From positions 75,828,001 to 75,892,000 of the forward strand of contig NC_045696.1 in NCBI RefSeq assembly GCF_009834535.1: 64,000 nt of DNA, in the 5' to 3' direction. Within the stretch, counting starts at the first letter, position 1, and each line of letters starts with the position of its first letter. Origin of the DNA: Camelus ferus. Its lineage: Eukaryota. Below, piece after piece: positions 26,833-40,643 of this stretch. The position numbers were made by a program, and so were the translations under genes. The notes under the pieces were generated by a model that was not told where the DNA came from, did no database searches, and was given only the letters and a program-made list of their open reading frames with translations.

Positions 26833-29800
26833 CTAGGCATACAGCCCCAAACAAGGCAATCAATGCATCTTTAAACAAAAAGATGAACAACAACTAACAC
26901 TGAAAATTTCTGGAATAATATGTAATTGTGATGAAATGAACCAATTATGTTAACAGAATTCCATTTTATTAAGCTGAATGTGACCAACTTACTAACCTTT
27001 GATAAAGTCTTTTTATAGATACACACTGACATTTGATTAGCCTCATGTTAAATTAAGAGACAAATGAGGGCCTGACAGAGAGCAGCCAACCTGTCTGCCA
27101 ATAAAGCCGCCAGTGCAGGAAATAGCCCTGACCTACATGGGTGGCAGAAGAACTTCGGTCCACATATGATGTGTCAGTCATGCTTTAACCTTTTGTAATA
27201 TGAAAGCATAAGTAAATTTGGGGAGGAGAATACCACTGCATATTAAAATAGTATTTTTTCCCCTCAGGATCTCAGCTGCTTTTTCAACCTCTAGATGCAT
27301 GCTTCTGTTCCAGGTCCTCAGGGAGTAGTAACATACCCATTAAAATCATGCAAGGGAACTCTACTCATTTATCTCATTTTTCATGGAGAAACCCAAATTC
27401 TTTCACTTGCCTTCACTGACAGCCTTTTCAGATCCTTTGATCTTGATCAGTGCAGCCCTCCCTAAAGTGACAGGATGAGAAGATCACGTTCTAATAAATA
27501 GGTTGATTGCTACTGTAGTCATCTTCATTTACAGAAATGTACAACGATAAGATGGCATTGCTTCTCAAAAGGTGAATTCATTATTAAAGGAGAAATAGGT
27601 TTAGCAAATACACAATTTGTAAAAGAGTGAATTCTAGATTGTGTGTTAATAAGACCTGGTGGAGAGAGTCAGAATAAGGCAGGTTACACCACAGAATGTG
27701 TGCCATTGCAAAAGTGAGGTGAGTTAAGCACATAGATTTTATCTCTTGAAGCAGAAAGTTCAACTGAGCAGGAACTGTTCATGTTATCCTCCCAAGATAA
27801 TGACAATGGGGAGTCTTATTCATTATGATGTCAGAATATTTGTGATATTATAATGAGAAAAAAGATGCAAATAAATAAACATGTAATAAGGGGCAGTAAA
27901 ATACTTGTTCTGGTAACCTTCTTGATAAAAGATCTAAGGGAAAGTGGAGGAGAATTTTGTGCTACAAAGAATGACATCGTGAAAGGTAAGAATCTGATGT
28001 CTGTATAAAAGGGTTAATGTCAGCATTCAGCTCTGGGGACTGCTGACCTCTTGTGTTTTCCATTGACTGTGGGCAAGTCAGTACAGGAAAAGAACTATGC
28101 AGTTTTGTTTTATTTTTCTTCCACATCTGGTCTATTCTACTTATTTGTTTGGATATCCAGAAATTCAGGACTGAGGTAAATGGTAACTCCTATGGTTTCC
28201 TGAGTAAGTTGGCCTGGGATGGTACAAGCCTTTAACATTGCCTTCAGTATTGCTCAGAAGGGTCGGGCCCCTTCAAAGAAGTAATCAAATACATAGTCAA
28301 CAGAAAATGATTCTGCAGTTTACTATCCCAAAACAATTCAATAGTGAAACCTTTGCTTATACTGCAAAGTTTGATTTGCATTTCACACACACTCTCCCGA
28401 AGCACAGTCTGATCACAGAGCCTTGGCAGAATCTCTGGCACGCTTGAGGGACAGGTCAGGGCACCTAAAATAAGAAGCAACACCGTGTTTCTCAAACTGT
28501 CCTCTGCTCACTCTTGCTTACTGAATACAGTTTCTGTGATTTCTCCCAGTGGGTTAAATTAAACACTTTAATTTCCAACATTGTCTCTCCCATCTTTCAT
28601 CCTGAAACTTTCTATTCACAGATCCTCTTAAAGAATGTTATAAAACCATGTATCTTCTTATATATTTTTAAGCTGGTATTGAAAAAATTTTATTGCACGT
28701 TTAAATTGTTATAAAAATGTAATTCTAAATATTTATGTCTTCAATAAACATTATAGTAGTGTTTACTATATAATTATTGCATTACTTTATATGTATTCAA
28801 TGAAATCTAAATAATATAATAATTTGATAACCACCATTACCCATTTAAAACACACTTAAAATGATCTTCTTTAACAGCCAGAATTTTTACATCACTCACT
28901 TTTCCCTTAAATTAATATCTCTATTCTTCTCCCCTAGAATTTTACCCTAATGTAGTTTTATGCTTGAAAGTGTTTTATTGATCATCTTACATGTCGCCAC
29001 AACAACTACCTATATATTTATATATATAGTTTTTCCTGTAACCACAAACAATTAAACATTAAATATTAAAGGATTCAATAATCTGATAATTTTTTGGCCA
29101 AAGATGGAAGTACTTTTCTATGAGTCTGAATAACTTCTCAATGAAATACAAAATAACAATTTGCCTCCCATATGAGTCCCTTTTTCTCAAATATTTAATA
29201 ATCTATTGGAAGTAAAGTTTCATTATCTCCCTTTCTTTGAAATCATGCAGAATATGCCCCTCAGATGCAGACAGAAACGCAAATACATGAAAACGCTTAC
29301 CAAGCTCTCAAGACTGAGAATGGCGAAAGTGCAGAGAGGGCACTCTGAAGAGCATTTACCAATATGCTTTCACAAATCTTAATTATTCTAATTCTAAGAT
29401 AGAGGTAGATATTAAGCATTGCCATGAGTTTATTGACTGGGTGAAAAAAGATGCCACAACCTGTAGTACCTCTTACCACCAGGACCAGTCCTTGGAGACA
29501 TTCAGGATTTGACAACACAGTGGGTGGAAGAAGCGAGTGTACTGAATAAAATACGCCATCATCAATTCTGCTGGCCAATTTCTGAATTCCTATCACCTTG
29601 ACGCAGGCCGTAAATCCTGTTTCTAATGCCAAGCTTTGCCTTAACCCAAATGTGTGTAAGATGGGGACCCCAGGATGGGGAATCCTACCATGACTGACAG
29701 TGACATGATTACAGGAGGCTTGGTCAACCCCAGTGTTTCAAACATTTGTTTTGTTTTCTGTTTGGCACCTCAGAGTATTTTCACGCCAGGGTAGTTTATC

Positions 29801-29899
29801 AGAGTAAGACTCAGGGTAGGTGGGAGTTGACCTTTTTTTAATCAAAATAGAAGAAAAGTGATTGTAAAACAGGAAGCAAAAAAGGAAAGCCAGCACATT

Positions 29900-30094
29900 A
29901 ACTCAAAATCAACTAATTAGGGACCTTAGTTACATCTGCAAAAATCCCTGCATCTTTTTTCGTGTCCTGTAACCTAATCACAGAATGACAGCTACTGTAT
30001 TTGCAGGCTCCTTTTATACTCTAAGGGGGATCATTTGGGCATGAACCCAGGGAGCAGGAATCTTGGGGGCCATCTTGGAATTCTGCCTACCACA
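29900..30094 (-). mobile_element. MLT1 LTR fragment
   Basis: taattagggaccttagttacatctgcaaaaatccc...gggggccatcttggaattctgcctaccaca. Confidence 0.8.
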
Positions 30095-31536
30095 CAAAAC
30101 CAAACAGATCTTCCTAAATTTCAAAAAAATTGCTGACATTCGTTAATGCTATTCATTTACAAATAGGCTCAACACACATATTTAACTAAATGCCCCTTCT
30201 CTATTTGACTCAGCTTTCAAAGCCTGGCTCAGTTTCCTTCCTTCCACAGTCTTTGGTCTGTATTTCCCCCATGTAGTCTTACTATTTGTGTAAATATTTC
30301 ATTCCCTTTACAGACAAGTAACTCCTTGAACCATGCCTGACTTACCTCTACATCAGTCACAGGATCAAGTAGTGCCTTGAAAGAGAAGGCACTGAAATAT
30401 ATGATTAATGATTAAGTAGATAAATAAAAATTTTCAGTATCTAAACTTGAGGATGTTTCTAACTTTGACTTCTCAGCCTCTTTCCATTCTTATATTCAGT
30501 TAAATCTATGACTAAGTTATAAATGTATAGAAAACAGGGCCAATGTCTTTTCTGTATTTCCTAATATATTTCACTACAAAACTTCACTCTAGTGTCTACA
30601 TATATGTGTGTTTATAACCAAATGGCCTTCACTCACTGATTCAGACTGACTCTAACAATAATCAAGCATGTACCTAGCATCATTTATGGTAATATGTTTT
30701 TTCATTGTTTCCATTGATTTTAAAGCTGGGACAATTAATATTGTTCAAATTTCTCAAGAAACAGTTAGAGATGTTTGGGATTCCAGGTCTCCAATATTTA
30801 GCAAGTATTTTCCTACCAAGTATTCCCAAGGGAAATTTGAATAGAAGACCCATTACTTCAAAATATCTTCATGTGGCTATCACCACACCACAAACCCTTC
30901 TCTGAAACCTCCCAGCTCTGGTGAGATAGACCTAGTCACTGGAAAGCCACAGTGAAAATGTCTGGCCTTTAGTCTAAAACCCAGCCCAAATAAATAAATA
31001 AATAAAGGCTCCTTGGAAGATTTATGACAGGCTTACATCTTAATCTTGCCCTGCTGATCTTGCCACTCAGATGGCTCTAGGAAATCCCCTCCCCTACATA
31101 CACACACGCAAACGCATCAAAGGAAGGGAAGCATTTGTATCTTGGGCTAAGAGCAGAGTTATACTAACTCATACACGGCTGAGACTTTCTAATACAGGAG
31201 GGTCCCCTCCTCCTTTGGGAAGTAGCCCAAGACCCACCTACCATACAAAAGGAGAACCAACAACCAGATCGAGCAATTCCAAAAGGGAGAGCTCGCAGGG
31301 GAGCAAGCCATGCAGACAGCCACACTGTGAAATTCTTAGTCAGGGAAGAAGGGACACCTATTCGCCCTGAGTTTACAGATTAATATTATACTTGATCTGG
31401 CCCCACAGCAGTCCTTGCCTTGTCAGGTAGAGAGGAGGTTTGCAGGACATCTCTGGGAGGGATCCTGCCTGCCCAGGGACCCGACATGATGAGAAATCTT
31501 CCTTCCTACTCTGGATCATGTTTATTAGATGCTTAC

Positions 31537-31581
31537 TTGTTGTGGTCATTGACCTCCTCCATTTTCTCTTTCCCTAAGTAC
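31537..31581 (-). other. Candidate additional or alternative 45-nt exon of the minus-strand gene
   Basis: The acceptor is very strong (tttttttttccttttgtatctaacag|) and the donor is CAA|gtaagc. One reading frame gives YLGKEKMEEVNDHN-(AA), which ends in phase 2 and is compatible with exon 1035-1158. Confidence 0.35.
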
Positions 31582-34500
31582 CTGTTAGATACAAAAGGAA
31601 AAAAAAACTGAATAAGCTTGATGGCATTTAAAAAAATTAAACTAGAATCCTTTAAGTTAAATAGGCCACTCTCTGCAATAGAAGAAGTTGCATAACAAGT
31701 AAAACTCCTTGAGAAAAAAGAAAAGCTTACATGCAGGATTTAATTGCCAGAGTCTAATTAGTTTTTGACTAGTGCTATAAAACTTAGAGAGAAGCTAAGA
31801 TAAATATTTCAGCTAATTTCCCTATGTACTGTGAGTAAAAGAATGGAAATGATTCTCAAAATTGAATGTTATGAAGCCATTTGCAAAGTATATTAAGTCA
31901 GTTCTTCTATGTAATGAAGTGTCCTTTACAGTTTAAGAGACTTTCCAGAGCTGACATTTCTCTCATAAAGAACATGGATCTTGTGGCTTCATTATGACTT
32001 AACAATCTGAACTTTAGACCTTTTCATCTGCCAGCTGAGGACACATCTACACACTAACTGGTGTTTAATAGCAGTGCAGGGCACCAGGGCTCAGAGTTAT
32101 TTCAACTCTCATGACCTAAATCTCTGGCCAGGCGACAACACGTTGAAAGCCTCCTTGCGAACACTTAACTTTTTTTTTTTCTTTCCGCAATCACTGAGAG
32201 ACTGAGAGTTGCATGTTGTGCTGATTTATTAAAAAAAAAAAAAAAAAATCAGATCGCTTGGTGGAAGGTCACTGAGAAATGAATGTCATTATGAAACAAT
32301 TCAATGCATCACTTCCTTTCCTTTGATCAGCTTGATTCCCTTCACTGGAGGCCTGATAATATCCCCCAAAGTGGCCTCCTGGGCATGATTAACTTGAGGC
32401 AATCTAGATGATGCTACATTAGGGAGGTGAGAAAGAGCAGATAGGAAAAGAGAAATTACTATGTATAAGTTTGCAAATGAGTCAATACTGCTCCCTTTGC
32501 CACCTTCACTAAGAAGCGAATATGTTGATTTCATTTTGAGTTACAGAGATTCTGTTGCTCCTACATTTAGCTTGGTGGCTGGTAAACCTATCCAACATAT
32601 GACTTCATTTCATATAATAGTTATTTTTTAGAGATACTTATTTTTTAAGATATTTAATCTTTAAATATCTTCTATCAGTTTGTAGGGTTTATCCCTGTAT
32701 GTTTGTACAGCAAAAGAGCGTATTTTCTCTACTAGTTCAAAAGGCATCCATGGTGTATTTTATTCTGGAATGAAGATTGCTTTATAATGAGAGTGTTTTC
32801 TTTCATTACGTATTTATACGTTTATGATTTGTTGATACTATATTTTTTCCGGTGCACAATTCAATTTTTTTATCTGGAGAAGAAAAACGTAAGATAGAAG
32901 AACCTACAACTAGGTTGTGAGCCCCTTGAGGGGAGAGAACTTAGTTCTCAGCACAGGAAGCAGCAAAATCTGAGTAAATTCTTTGTTAAATTAGTAAATG
33001 AATCAGTGTTATAGCAATACTTATAATACATATGATTACATACAAAATGTTTACCAAGTGAGTCCACTGTACTTAGGAATTAACTATGTAAATTAACTGT
33101 CGATAGCAACTGAGTCAAGATTCAACGTCATATATTTTGAAATATGAGATGCAATTTAGAGGCGATCAACTGTTATTTTTCATAAATATTTTCAGGAAAT
33201 AGAGAACAAGTTGAAAAAAGAAAATATGACATAGTTTCCAATAATGGAAATGTATAAAATCCTGGCATTTACCACCTAATATATTTATAATTTAATTTTT
33301 ACAATTCCATGTCTAAGGCTATTGTAGACAACTATAAAAATTGTTACCAACTAAATGTAAATATTACATGGTAACATTATTCATTCATTCATGTCACAAT
33401 ATTTGTTGATTTAATTGTATTAAATTGATTAAATTGTATTGAAACAAATTATATGAAACTGCCTTCAGTCTTGCCTGTGATTCCTGGGTATTGTGATTTT
33501 TTTTTCCCCAAAAACAGATTCTATCATTAAACAGTGAACTACTTAAAGTCTGGAAACACATTTCATTTCCTGGTATTCTCTTCACCTTGCATGTATGTAA
33601 ACATAAAATTAGAAGATTTGCTCAACAATTTGTAAATGTGAACTCCACATAGTGTTATTTACTAGGTTACCCAGAGAAGCATGAGGATTTTGACTGTGGG
33701 AAGCAAACTGGCATAGGAACTGAGAGACTGGCCTTCTCATGATCTTAGCCACTTCACTTCTCTGGGCTTTATTTCATCGAGTGGAGAATGATGGATTAAA
33801 GCAGATCCAGTTTTCAATGTACTTAATTCACAATAGCCTTTGTTCAAATAAAAATATTTCTTAGAATTTACATGAGTAAAACAGGTAACGGCTGAGATGC
33901 TGCTATTGAAATGGGGTGAGGGGTCTCACCCTCCTGGTTCTCCCCTTGTTTACCCCTCTGTTCTTCTCCCCTTCTCCCACCCTAACTTCCTGTGGTAGCT
34001 CCTTAGGGGGTGGGGTGGGGGGGGCATCTCAAGGAACTCTCATGAACCAAATACTAGACCAGGTTACTAAATCACTAAAATCCCTTTTAGCTCTAAAATC
34101 ATGACTTTAAGGTTCCATTCTAATGGTAGCCTAGGCTGTATCTCTATGATTATAAGATAGAATATAGCCAGTTATACAACGTGGCTATTATCCGCACTGC
34201 TGTTTTCTAAACCAAATATCTCACTAACTGTATTTTGACCTTTCTGGGTAGAGTAATGAAGACGTAAACAAGAATAAAGTGATAAACTTCACATCCATTT
34301 TATTAATTCTAGTGACTGCTCAGTAATGACTGAATAGCTCCTCACTGTTACCTTTTAAACAGTGGCTAAAATTGGCCAAGCCAAGCCACCGTTCTGGGGT
34401 GACCTGCTGTAAGCAGGAGGGGAGCTGAAGTCCTCACCAACAAAATGAGACAGACACTAACACATGAGAAATTAATAAGTGAAAACCGCAATAGTGCCAA

Positions 34501-35829
34501 GGCCCATGGTGACGAGAGAGGGTCAGAAAGATCATTCCACTTTGGGAGACCAGAGGTTGAAATCTAATGGTAAATTATGAAGTCGAACTTCAGGGTCATA
34601 GAGACAAGAGTAAAGGAAAAGAAACCAGAAGGAAAGAATCAGAAGTGTCTGAGTTATTCCAAAGTCATGAGCTAGCATTTGTGAGATATAAGCAGGCTGG
34701 GCCTGTGAACAGGCCTGGCCTCAAGAACCAGGAATGAAGGAATCAGTTTAGTTTTTATATGCATGGCTAAAATTATTATCAAGGGATTCTAAGTGTCTAA
34801 AGTTTCCCCTTCTTCTGTTACCACTGATAATTAAGAATTGGCACTGATTAACTCTGCCAATTTATTGTTCAGCAAAAACAGACACTCATGACTTAAACAG
34901 GGCTTACCACTGAAAAAGGGGACCGTGAAAAATGGCTTTATTTTTCTATCAAAGTTCTTAAAAAGTAAAAATACACATAACTCTCTGAAAATTCTGTCTC
35001 TAAGAGCCAGAGACTTGGAATAGCTCAATCCTGACCCTGGGTTACGAAATCTCAACTCTCAACACCATGAACTTTTGCACTGGATCCAAACCTAACCTTT
35101 CCCTCTTTTGCTAATAACTATTCCACCAAGTGCACACAGAGGTTCATCACCTGCAAACACGCCTTATCCTCACAGAAATGTAACAAGCTTGGTCAGAAAT
35201 GCATAGACTGGATCACTTACTTCCTCCCCTTAAGTTAAAATGACATATTAGTGATTCGAAAGAAATAAAAGTAAATTGCACAACATATAGCTCATTTCCC
35301 CAGAAGGTAAATGTTAAAGACTGATTTTTTTTAGCAGGCCAGATAACTCATTTCATGCTATATATGTGCCTTTGCAAAAAGCCTTTAATCTCTTCAAGTC
35401 CTGATTTTCGTGGTTGAAAAATGGAAAATCAAAATTAAAGTAGCAAAATCTCAGCTTCAATAAGGAGTAGAGATTTCTGGCTTAACTTGGCACCAGGCTA
35501 GCCTGATAACTGCCTCTCCCCAACTCCCGCTAGGCTGACACCCACACACAGATAGTCTGTGATGTTGTCCAAACGCAAACACCTACAAACCACCACTGGA
35601 GACATCCCTTCCAAAAATAAATAAAGCTAATGTCAATTGAGAGAAAAAACTAGTATGTGTGTGTGTGTGTGTGTGTATTTGTTTTAACTTCCTAGAAAAA
35701 AGCACTCCAACATTGCTGAAAGACAGTGGGGAACACCTACTGCTGTCCTCCTAGAGCAGAAATCTGAGGTCTGTACTAGTGATTCTCAACCCTGGTCACA
35801 TGTTAGAAGCCCCAGAAGATGGCTTGAAG

Positions 35830-36472
35830 TAGGCAGAATTACACACATACACACAACATTCCCATGCCCTGATTATCTCATCAAACTCTAATGTAAGCAT
35901 GTAAAGGGAATTTTTCAGATGAAATTAAGTCTAGTTGCTAATCAACTAATTTTAAAATAATGAAATTATCCTGGATTATCCAGGTGTGCCTATATCATTA
36001 CATGGGCCCTGAAAGCAGACAAGGAAAGCAGAGGGTCAGCGATATACTGCAGAAGAGAAGCCAGGGCAGGTGAGCCAGAAAGGGAGATCAGAAAGACCCA
36101 GAGAACCGGAAGGACTCAATCCATTATCACCGGCTGTGAGGACAGAGGCCAGGAACCAAGAAATGCAGGAGGCCCTAGAAACCGAGTATGCGCCTCAGCC
36201 ACAGCAGAGAAACAGGGTCCTCCGCTCTGTAACTGCACGGAGACGAGTTCTGCCAATAGCGTCAATCAGCCCAGAAGGGATCTCTTCCAGAGCCTCCGAA
36301 AAGGAAAGCAGCCCCGCCCACAACTTCATATGCGCCTTGCAGACTTGGAGCAGAGAAACCAGCTGAGCCCACTGGACTTCTGACCTACAGAACGATGAAA
36401 TAATAAATCAGTGCTGTTGCAAGCCATTAAGTTTGTGGTAATTTGTTATAGCAGTAATAAAATACTAATACA
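35830..36472 (+). mobile_element. MaLR solo LTR (MLT1E-like), flanked by MER5-like pieces (about 35775-35825 and 36520-36690)
   Basis: gtaggcagaatt...gattatccaggtg...gacttctgacctacagaac...aagtttgtggtaatttgttatagcagtaata. Confidence 0.85.
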
Positions 36473-37379
36473 TGGTTTCACTCTAAAAAACTTACGGGAT
36501 AAGGGAAGGCACCATTTTTTTTCAAAAAGTTTCTGAAGTCAGTGCTAATCAAACTTTAGTGTGTATAGGAATTCTAGGCATCTTGCAAAAAAAGCAGATT
36601 CTGATCAGTGGGTCTGGGGTGAGCCCTAAACTCTGGTTGAATGCTGATGCTTCTGCTCAGGAGGCCACATTCTGAGAAGGCAGGCCCTGGATTATTCTAA
36701 ACTCACCAGTTTTTTCTTTGTGGCTATCACAATTAGCAGTGCTCAGAGGACTACTGTTTCAGGAACCTCATCATTCTACATTAATTTCAAGACTGCAAAT
36801 TGGTAGAGTGGAGATAGAAGCTGGGTGATCTAGAAACTGAAGGCAGAGCGGGGCAGAATACACCCTGACATGTGTGGATCCAACAAGCAAATGCAGCGGG
36901 CAGGATTTTTAAAGACTGAACTTTGGCAGGGTATAAGTAAAAGTTCTAATTTTTGAGTCCTTTATTAGTTCATAGCATCACAGAAAGGCAGTGGGAATAA
37001 TGAGGAAATCTCGCCACTGTTGGGCAAAAAAAAAAAAATTTAGATGAAGAACGGTTAGGTTTTGTTGATGATCAGCTAAAGACCTGAGAAACGGATTCAA
37101 CCAGCAGGTGGTTTACTAATAGGAAAGCCATGGGAAATCCAGATATCCTATCTGAGCTAACCATGAGTTCAGACAGATTTTTTTCCCCATTTCCTAAAAA
37201 GAGGGGGTGGGACTATGATAAAAGACTAATGAAAGAGAAAGGAAGCGTCATGAAAATTGAGTCAAGGAGCAAGCCTCTGAAGAGAATCCTACTGCAGGAA
37301 CCTGGAGAAAATTTTAGAGTAATATTTTGTATCCTCCCTGAGATACAAGAAGATATGACACCTATTTTTTAAAAAAGAA

Positions 37380-39450
37380 GAAATGATAAGGAAAGTAAAG
37401 CACACCAAATGAAAAGGCAACAGGGTGACTTCTGAGGAGAATAGTGACTGGGAAAGAGCATGAAGGGTGTTTCTGAAGCTGGTGCTGTTCTGAATGTTGA
37501 ACCTGGGCTGGTTACACAGGTGTGTGTGTGATGTACCTGGATGTAAAAATCTGATATGTATACTTTTCTGTACATACATTTTAGTTCAAAAACAAAATTT
37601 AAAGTGACAGAAGTCACTAATGAATCAGCAGAGGGAAAAAAGGCAACAGGAAGAGATAAAAAGAGACTCACTGTGAACATGAAGAATTGCAATGAAACTG
37701 AGACTACAACAAGCAGAAATAAAACCTGAAAATGAAACACTGAACAGCAAAGCTACTCAAAAATCTAACGTGTTATATAAAGTAATTAATTTGTAGAGCT
37801 TCTTAAAATGCAAAAGCACATGAAGAGTTTATAAAAATTTTCAGGGGAAAGATGACATTAATAATGGAGAATAAAGATGCAACTGAGAATCCTAGGTTCT
37901 CCCAGGAAGGCAACTTGAAAAATTGAGGCATAAGTAGAAAAAAAAGTCCAGAGCGGGAAAATACATTTGTTTTTGCCATTTTCAGAAAGCTGCCTTAGCT
38001 TAAGTCCTAGGGAAAACAGCAAGATAGTTCAAATAAGATACATTCAAGAATGGAAAATTAAATACAATATTAAAATTTTAAATCATGTAAGCATTTAAGA
38101 GGAAAAAAAAAAATGTAACCCCACAAAACCAGGAGTGTTTATTGACTTTATTCCCCACCAGGCCTCCAGTGACAAGAAAAGAGCCTGGCATATACCAGTT
38201 GCTCAATAAATATTTGTTGAATAAAAAAATAGAAAAAAGAAAAATACACTCAAACACTGCTTATCATAAAAAAAGAAAACCTCAAATTTCTCCTCAGCAA
38301 AATAAATGCAGAAGAAAATAAAATTACATGTACTCACATTTGAGGAAGTAAAGAACATGTGTTGGCAAGAAATTTCATGCACAGTTAAGTCTCTCTTCAT
38401 AGATGAAGATGATTCAGACACACTTTCAGATATAGAAAGACTCAGGAAATAGATCACTTACCAACCCTTCTTGAAAGAAAAGTTTATTGAAGGTATATTC
38501 CAGCTTACTGAAAGATGATCAACATAAGAGTTCAAGATTATGGGTCTGCTTAAAAAGACGGTGAGTGATGAGCACTCAAACATCTTAAACACAGAGCTAA
38601 ATCTAATTAAAGGTTTAATATATTGTCATAAAGTAAAATATCAAGGTGTTTCTTAAAATAAAAGATAGGTAATATAAGAATGATGTTCTAACAATCATCT
38701 AAATTCTACTTATACAAACAGATACTAAATCGTGAGGCAAGGAAATCACGGCAGAGGAATGAGAGAGTAAGAAGGAACTAAAGTGAAATAAATTCCTCAT
38801 TTTCATTATGGACTATTTTAAAATGTGTCATTTAATCCTTGAGTTTGATTATTAGAGAAACATGGACATTTGCAATATACAAAGGAGTTCCCTCTATTAG
38901 AACTGTGAAACACAGAGCTTGCTGTTGAAGTTACAGAAAAAAGTAACAGCAAATGAAATACCATCTGTATATAAAAAGAAAACAACAAAGAAGGATGTAA
39001 GGTATACAGCATTTGAAAAGACGAGCAAATTAAGACCAGAATATCAGATATAATAATTGTAAGCAGGCTGAACCACCCTCATGAAAGAGAGAAGCTTTCA
39101 CAGCAGGTAACAGCAAAATCAAACCATACGTCTCTCATAAAATGATGCATGAGAATTAACGTGAGAAAAAAGAAGAAGAGATAAGATACTTCTCAACAAA
39201 ACCTAGATGTATAAAATAAACAAATCAAGGACGAAAATCATTAAATTTGGAAGCAGTTATTGATGAATAGACCACAAATATTTTAAAGACAAATAAAATA
39301 GAAGCAAACTTTATAATTTAGAAATCTACTCCAGAACATGTTGACAAGAAACAACTGGACAAAACTTTAAGTTAAGAATAAAGTAAAATAAATTTCGGCT
39401 AACTTCGTACATGAAAAATTAAACTCTAGCCCATAAGAAACATACGGTTC
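37380..39450 (+). mobile_element. Decayed old L1/HAL1-like A-rich fragments with an L2 3' end at about 38140-38225
   Basis: A-rich L1-like tract. The L2 tail gagcctggcatata...gctcaataaatatttgttgaata is present. Confidence 0.5.
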
Positions 39451-39570
39451 CTTATGACCTGGTTCCGAAAGCAAACTTCCTACTTCTGGCTGCTGGCTAG
39501 TCTGGAAATGTTGTGACTACTGCCACTCCAGGCTTTGTTATTCCATTTCCTGGAAACTTCCTCAATGCAT

Positions 39571-40015
39571 TTTTTTAAAATTGAAGTATAGTTGGTTTAT
39601 AATGTTGTGTTAATTTCTGGTATGCAGCATAGTGATTCAGTTATACATACATATGTATATTCCTTTTCATATTCTTTTTCACTTAGGCTATTACAGGGTA
39701 TTGAATATAGTTCCCTGTGCTGTACAGTAGGGCATTGTTTATCTATTTTATATACAGTAGTTAGTATCTGCAAATCTCAAACTCCCAATTTAGCCCTCCA
39801 CCCCCAACTTTTCCCTCCTGGTTACCATAAGTTTGTTTTCTATGTCTGTTAGTCTGTTTCTGTTTTGTAAATAAGTCCATTTTTTCTTTGTTAGAATCCA
39901 CATATAAATGATATCATACGGTATTTTTCTTTCTCTTTCTCGCTTATGTCACATAGTATGACAATCTCCAGGCCCATCCACGTTGCTGCAAATGGCATTA
40001 TTTTATTCTTTTTTA
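39571..40015 (-). mobile_element. Young 5'-truncated artiodactyl-type L1 3' end
   Basis: ttgaagtatagttg...atatagttccctgtgctgtacagtagg...gcaaatggcattatttt. TSD caatgcat at 39563-39570 and 40016-40023. Confidence 0.92.
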
Positions 40016-40479
40016 CAATGCATATTCATTTGAAGCAAGGCCAACTTGCTACCCTCTTTTAATCACTGGACACTCATTCCAGGTCTGGCTCACCATCTGT
40101 AGCTACACCACTTTCCTTGGAAAAGATTTAAGCCTGGCATGCTCTTTCCCTGTGACCAGTGCACTGAACTTCTGGTATGTCTCAAGCCTGAGTCTGCCTG
40201 TGTTATGATAAAGATGCAAGAGGGCAGAGCTGTACATCTCTCAAAAGCAGATTTTGAGAGATGGGAAGAGCTAGCACAAAGGTAAGTCTAAAGAGGTGCA
40301 ACAGTCCCAGAAAGAGTGTGATTAACAACAAACCCTAGAATTGCCAAAGATAGTTACTTACAACAATAAACCTACTTTCCACTGAATAAGCTACAACCCC
40401 TGCCTTTAAGGAACTTCAAGAGAGGAAGTAAAAACACTTAAGCTTATCACTCAAAGTTTATAAAGTATTTTTATGTGCA

Positions 40480-40625
40480 TGAGCTAATCTTTTACAACAG
40501 CTCTTGCTGTTTCCAACTTACAGATGAGGTAACTGAGGCTCATAATGACTGAGTGAGTGGCTGTGATCACATGGCTAAGTGGCAGAGTCGAAAACTGAAC
40601 TCACATCTTCTTAATTCAAATGTAG
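40480..40625 (-). mobile_element. MIR SINE fragment
   Basis: ttacagatgaggtaactgaggctca...gatcacatggctaagtggcagag. Confidence 0.8.
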
Positions 40626-40643
40626 TACACTATTGACTCTTCC

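Noticed and set aside
31242..31244. ATG|gtaggt as the initiating first exon feeding the 65-nt exon
   Set aside because: It is phase-compatible, but several similar ATG|gt sites exist (about 29690, 35068, 41390). I cannot choose among them from sequence alone.
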